Source: Chiloscyllium plagiosum (Eukaryota). Taken from it: a stretch of DNA of 64,000 bases. The stretch spans positions 22,416,976 through 22,480,975 of the forward strand of contig NC_057749.1 in the NCBI RefSeq assembly GCF_004010195.1, written 5' to 3'. The notes below the pieces were generated by a model, which was given only the letters and a program-made list of their open reading frames with translations, did not search any database and was not told where the DNA came from. This document shows, one piece after another, positions 62,477 through 64,000 of this stretch; position 1 is the first letter of the stretch; each line of letters opens with the position of its first letter. A program made the translations under genes and the position numbers.

Positions 62477-63675
62477 GCATAGCTGCCAAACAATGATGGG
62501 TCTGGGAAAGGCAGGCACAGGATGTGGAAAGGAATATAATTTTCCCAATAACTTACAGTATCTGCTGGAATCGACACAATCAGCCCAGTACTCATCCCCA
62601 TTCCACCACATCTTGGTCTAAACAAGACTGTGAACCAACGTCTGGTCAAAACTTAAAACAAAAGCACTGTCTGACAAGAATCAAATATGACAAATCTAAC
62701 TGAGCTCTGGTCATTCCTAATTCTGTCAGCGAAATACAATATTCTATTGTATTTTTAGGGTGACACTGCTGTCTCACTGCTGCCTCACAGCACCAGGGAC
62801 CAAGGTTCGATTCCAGCCTCGGGTGACTGTGCGGAGTTTGCACATTCTCCCCGTGTCTGCGTGGGTTTCCTTCGGGTGCTCCGGTTTCCTCCCACAGTCC
62901 AAAGATACGCAGGTTAGGTGGTTCGGCCATGGGAAATTGCCCACAGAGTGCAGGGATGTATAGGTTAGGTGGGTTAGCCATAGGAAATGCAGGGCTACAG
63001 CGATAGAATTGAGCGTGGGGGCGGGGGTGGGGGGGGGGGGGGGGGGGAAAGAGTTGGGTGGGATGCTTTTTTGGAGGGTTAGTCTGGACTCGATGGGCCA
63101 GAAAGCCTGCTTCTGCAATGTAGGGATCCTATGATATGGGCCATGTCAAGAAGTCACATGACACCAGGTCATAGTCCAACAGGTTTATCTAAAATCACAA
63201 GCTATTGGAGGGCTGCTCTTTCATCCCCTCTCTTCACAAAGGGTGGGGGGAGACTGCCAACGTAGCTTTGTCCATTGACTAGTAATATGGAAGTTCAAAT
63301 TCTATCACAGTAGGGTGGCTCAGTGGTTAGCACTGCTGCCTCACAGCTCCAGGGAGTTGGTTCAATTCCTGCCTTAGGCAATTGTCTGTGTGGAGTTTAC
63401 ACATTCTCCCCGTGTCTGTGTGGGTTTCCTCTGGGTGCTCCAGTTTCCTCCCACAGTCCAAAGATGCGCAGGTCAGGTGGGTTGGCCGTGCTAAATTGTC
63501 CATAGAGTCCAGGGACATGCAGGCTAGGGGGGTTAGCTGTAGGAAATGCAGGGTTACCGCGATAGTTGGGGGGGGTGGGGAGGCGGATGGCCTGGGTGGG
63601 ATGCTCTTTGGTGGGTCAGTGTGAACCCGATGGGCCAAATGGCCAAATTCCTCAATGTTGGGACCTGATGAGACA

Positions 63676-63878
63676 GCAAAAGGGAGGACTGCAGATGCTG
63701 GAAACCAGAGTCTAGATCAGAGTGGTGCTGGAAAAGCACAGCAGGTCAGGCAGCAACCGAGGAGCAAGAAAATCGACGTTTCGCTATTCCTGATGAAGGG
63801 CTTTTGCCTGAAACGTCGATTTTCCTGCTCCTCGGATACTGCCTGACCTGCTGAGCTTTTCCAGCACCGCTCTGATCT
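63676..63878. mobile_element. Family A inverted element
   Basis: Inverted arms. Plus-strand core ctgatgaagggcttttgcctgaaacgtc. Confidence 0.85.
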
Positions 63879-64000
63879 GATGATATGGGCCAAGAGGTCA
63901 CATGACACCAGGTTATAGTCCAACAGGTTTATTTAAAATCACAAGCTACTGGAGCGCTCCGAAAGCTCATGATTTTAAATAAACCTGATGTCATGTGACT

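Overview
Repeat-dense vertebrate DNA, almost certainly from a shark (HE1/V-SINE-type tRNA SINEs and HER1/CR1 LINEs dominate). Its backbone is the 3' part of the nuclear receptor gene RORA on the minus strand. Seven coding exons run from the second zinc finger (53581-53722) to the stop codon (5332), followed by an AT-rich 3' UTR. One expected 108-nt ligand-binding-domain exon is not visible and probably lies in the 500-N gap; the first zinc-finger exon lies outside the window. Introns carry CR1, Rex/Babar and L2/CR1-like LINE fragments, several SINE families, a Tc1/mariner-type MITE, a probable solo LTR, minisatellites and a telomere-derived 37-bp array. The most striking signal is a population of short Penelope-derived elements with minimal hammerhead ribozyme cores (CUGANGA-stem II-GAAA-NUH). 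There are about 30 loci in four sequence families, many as head-to-head inverted pairs flanked by 11-15 bp target-site duplications. One longer copy links the ribozyme to a GIY-YIG endonuclease remnant.
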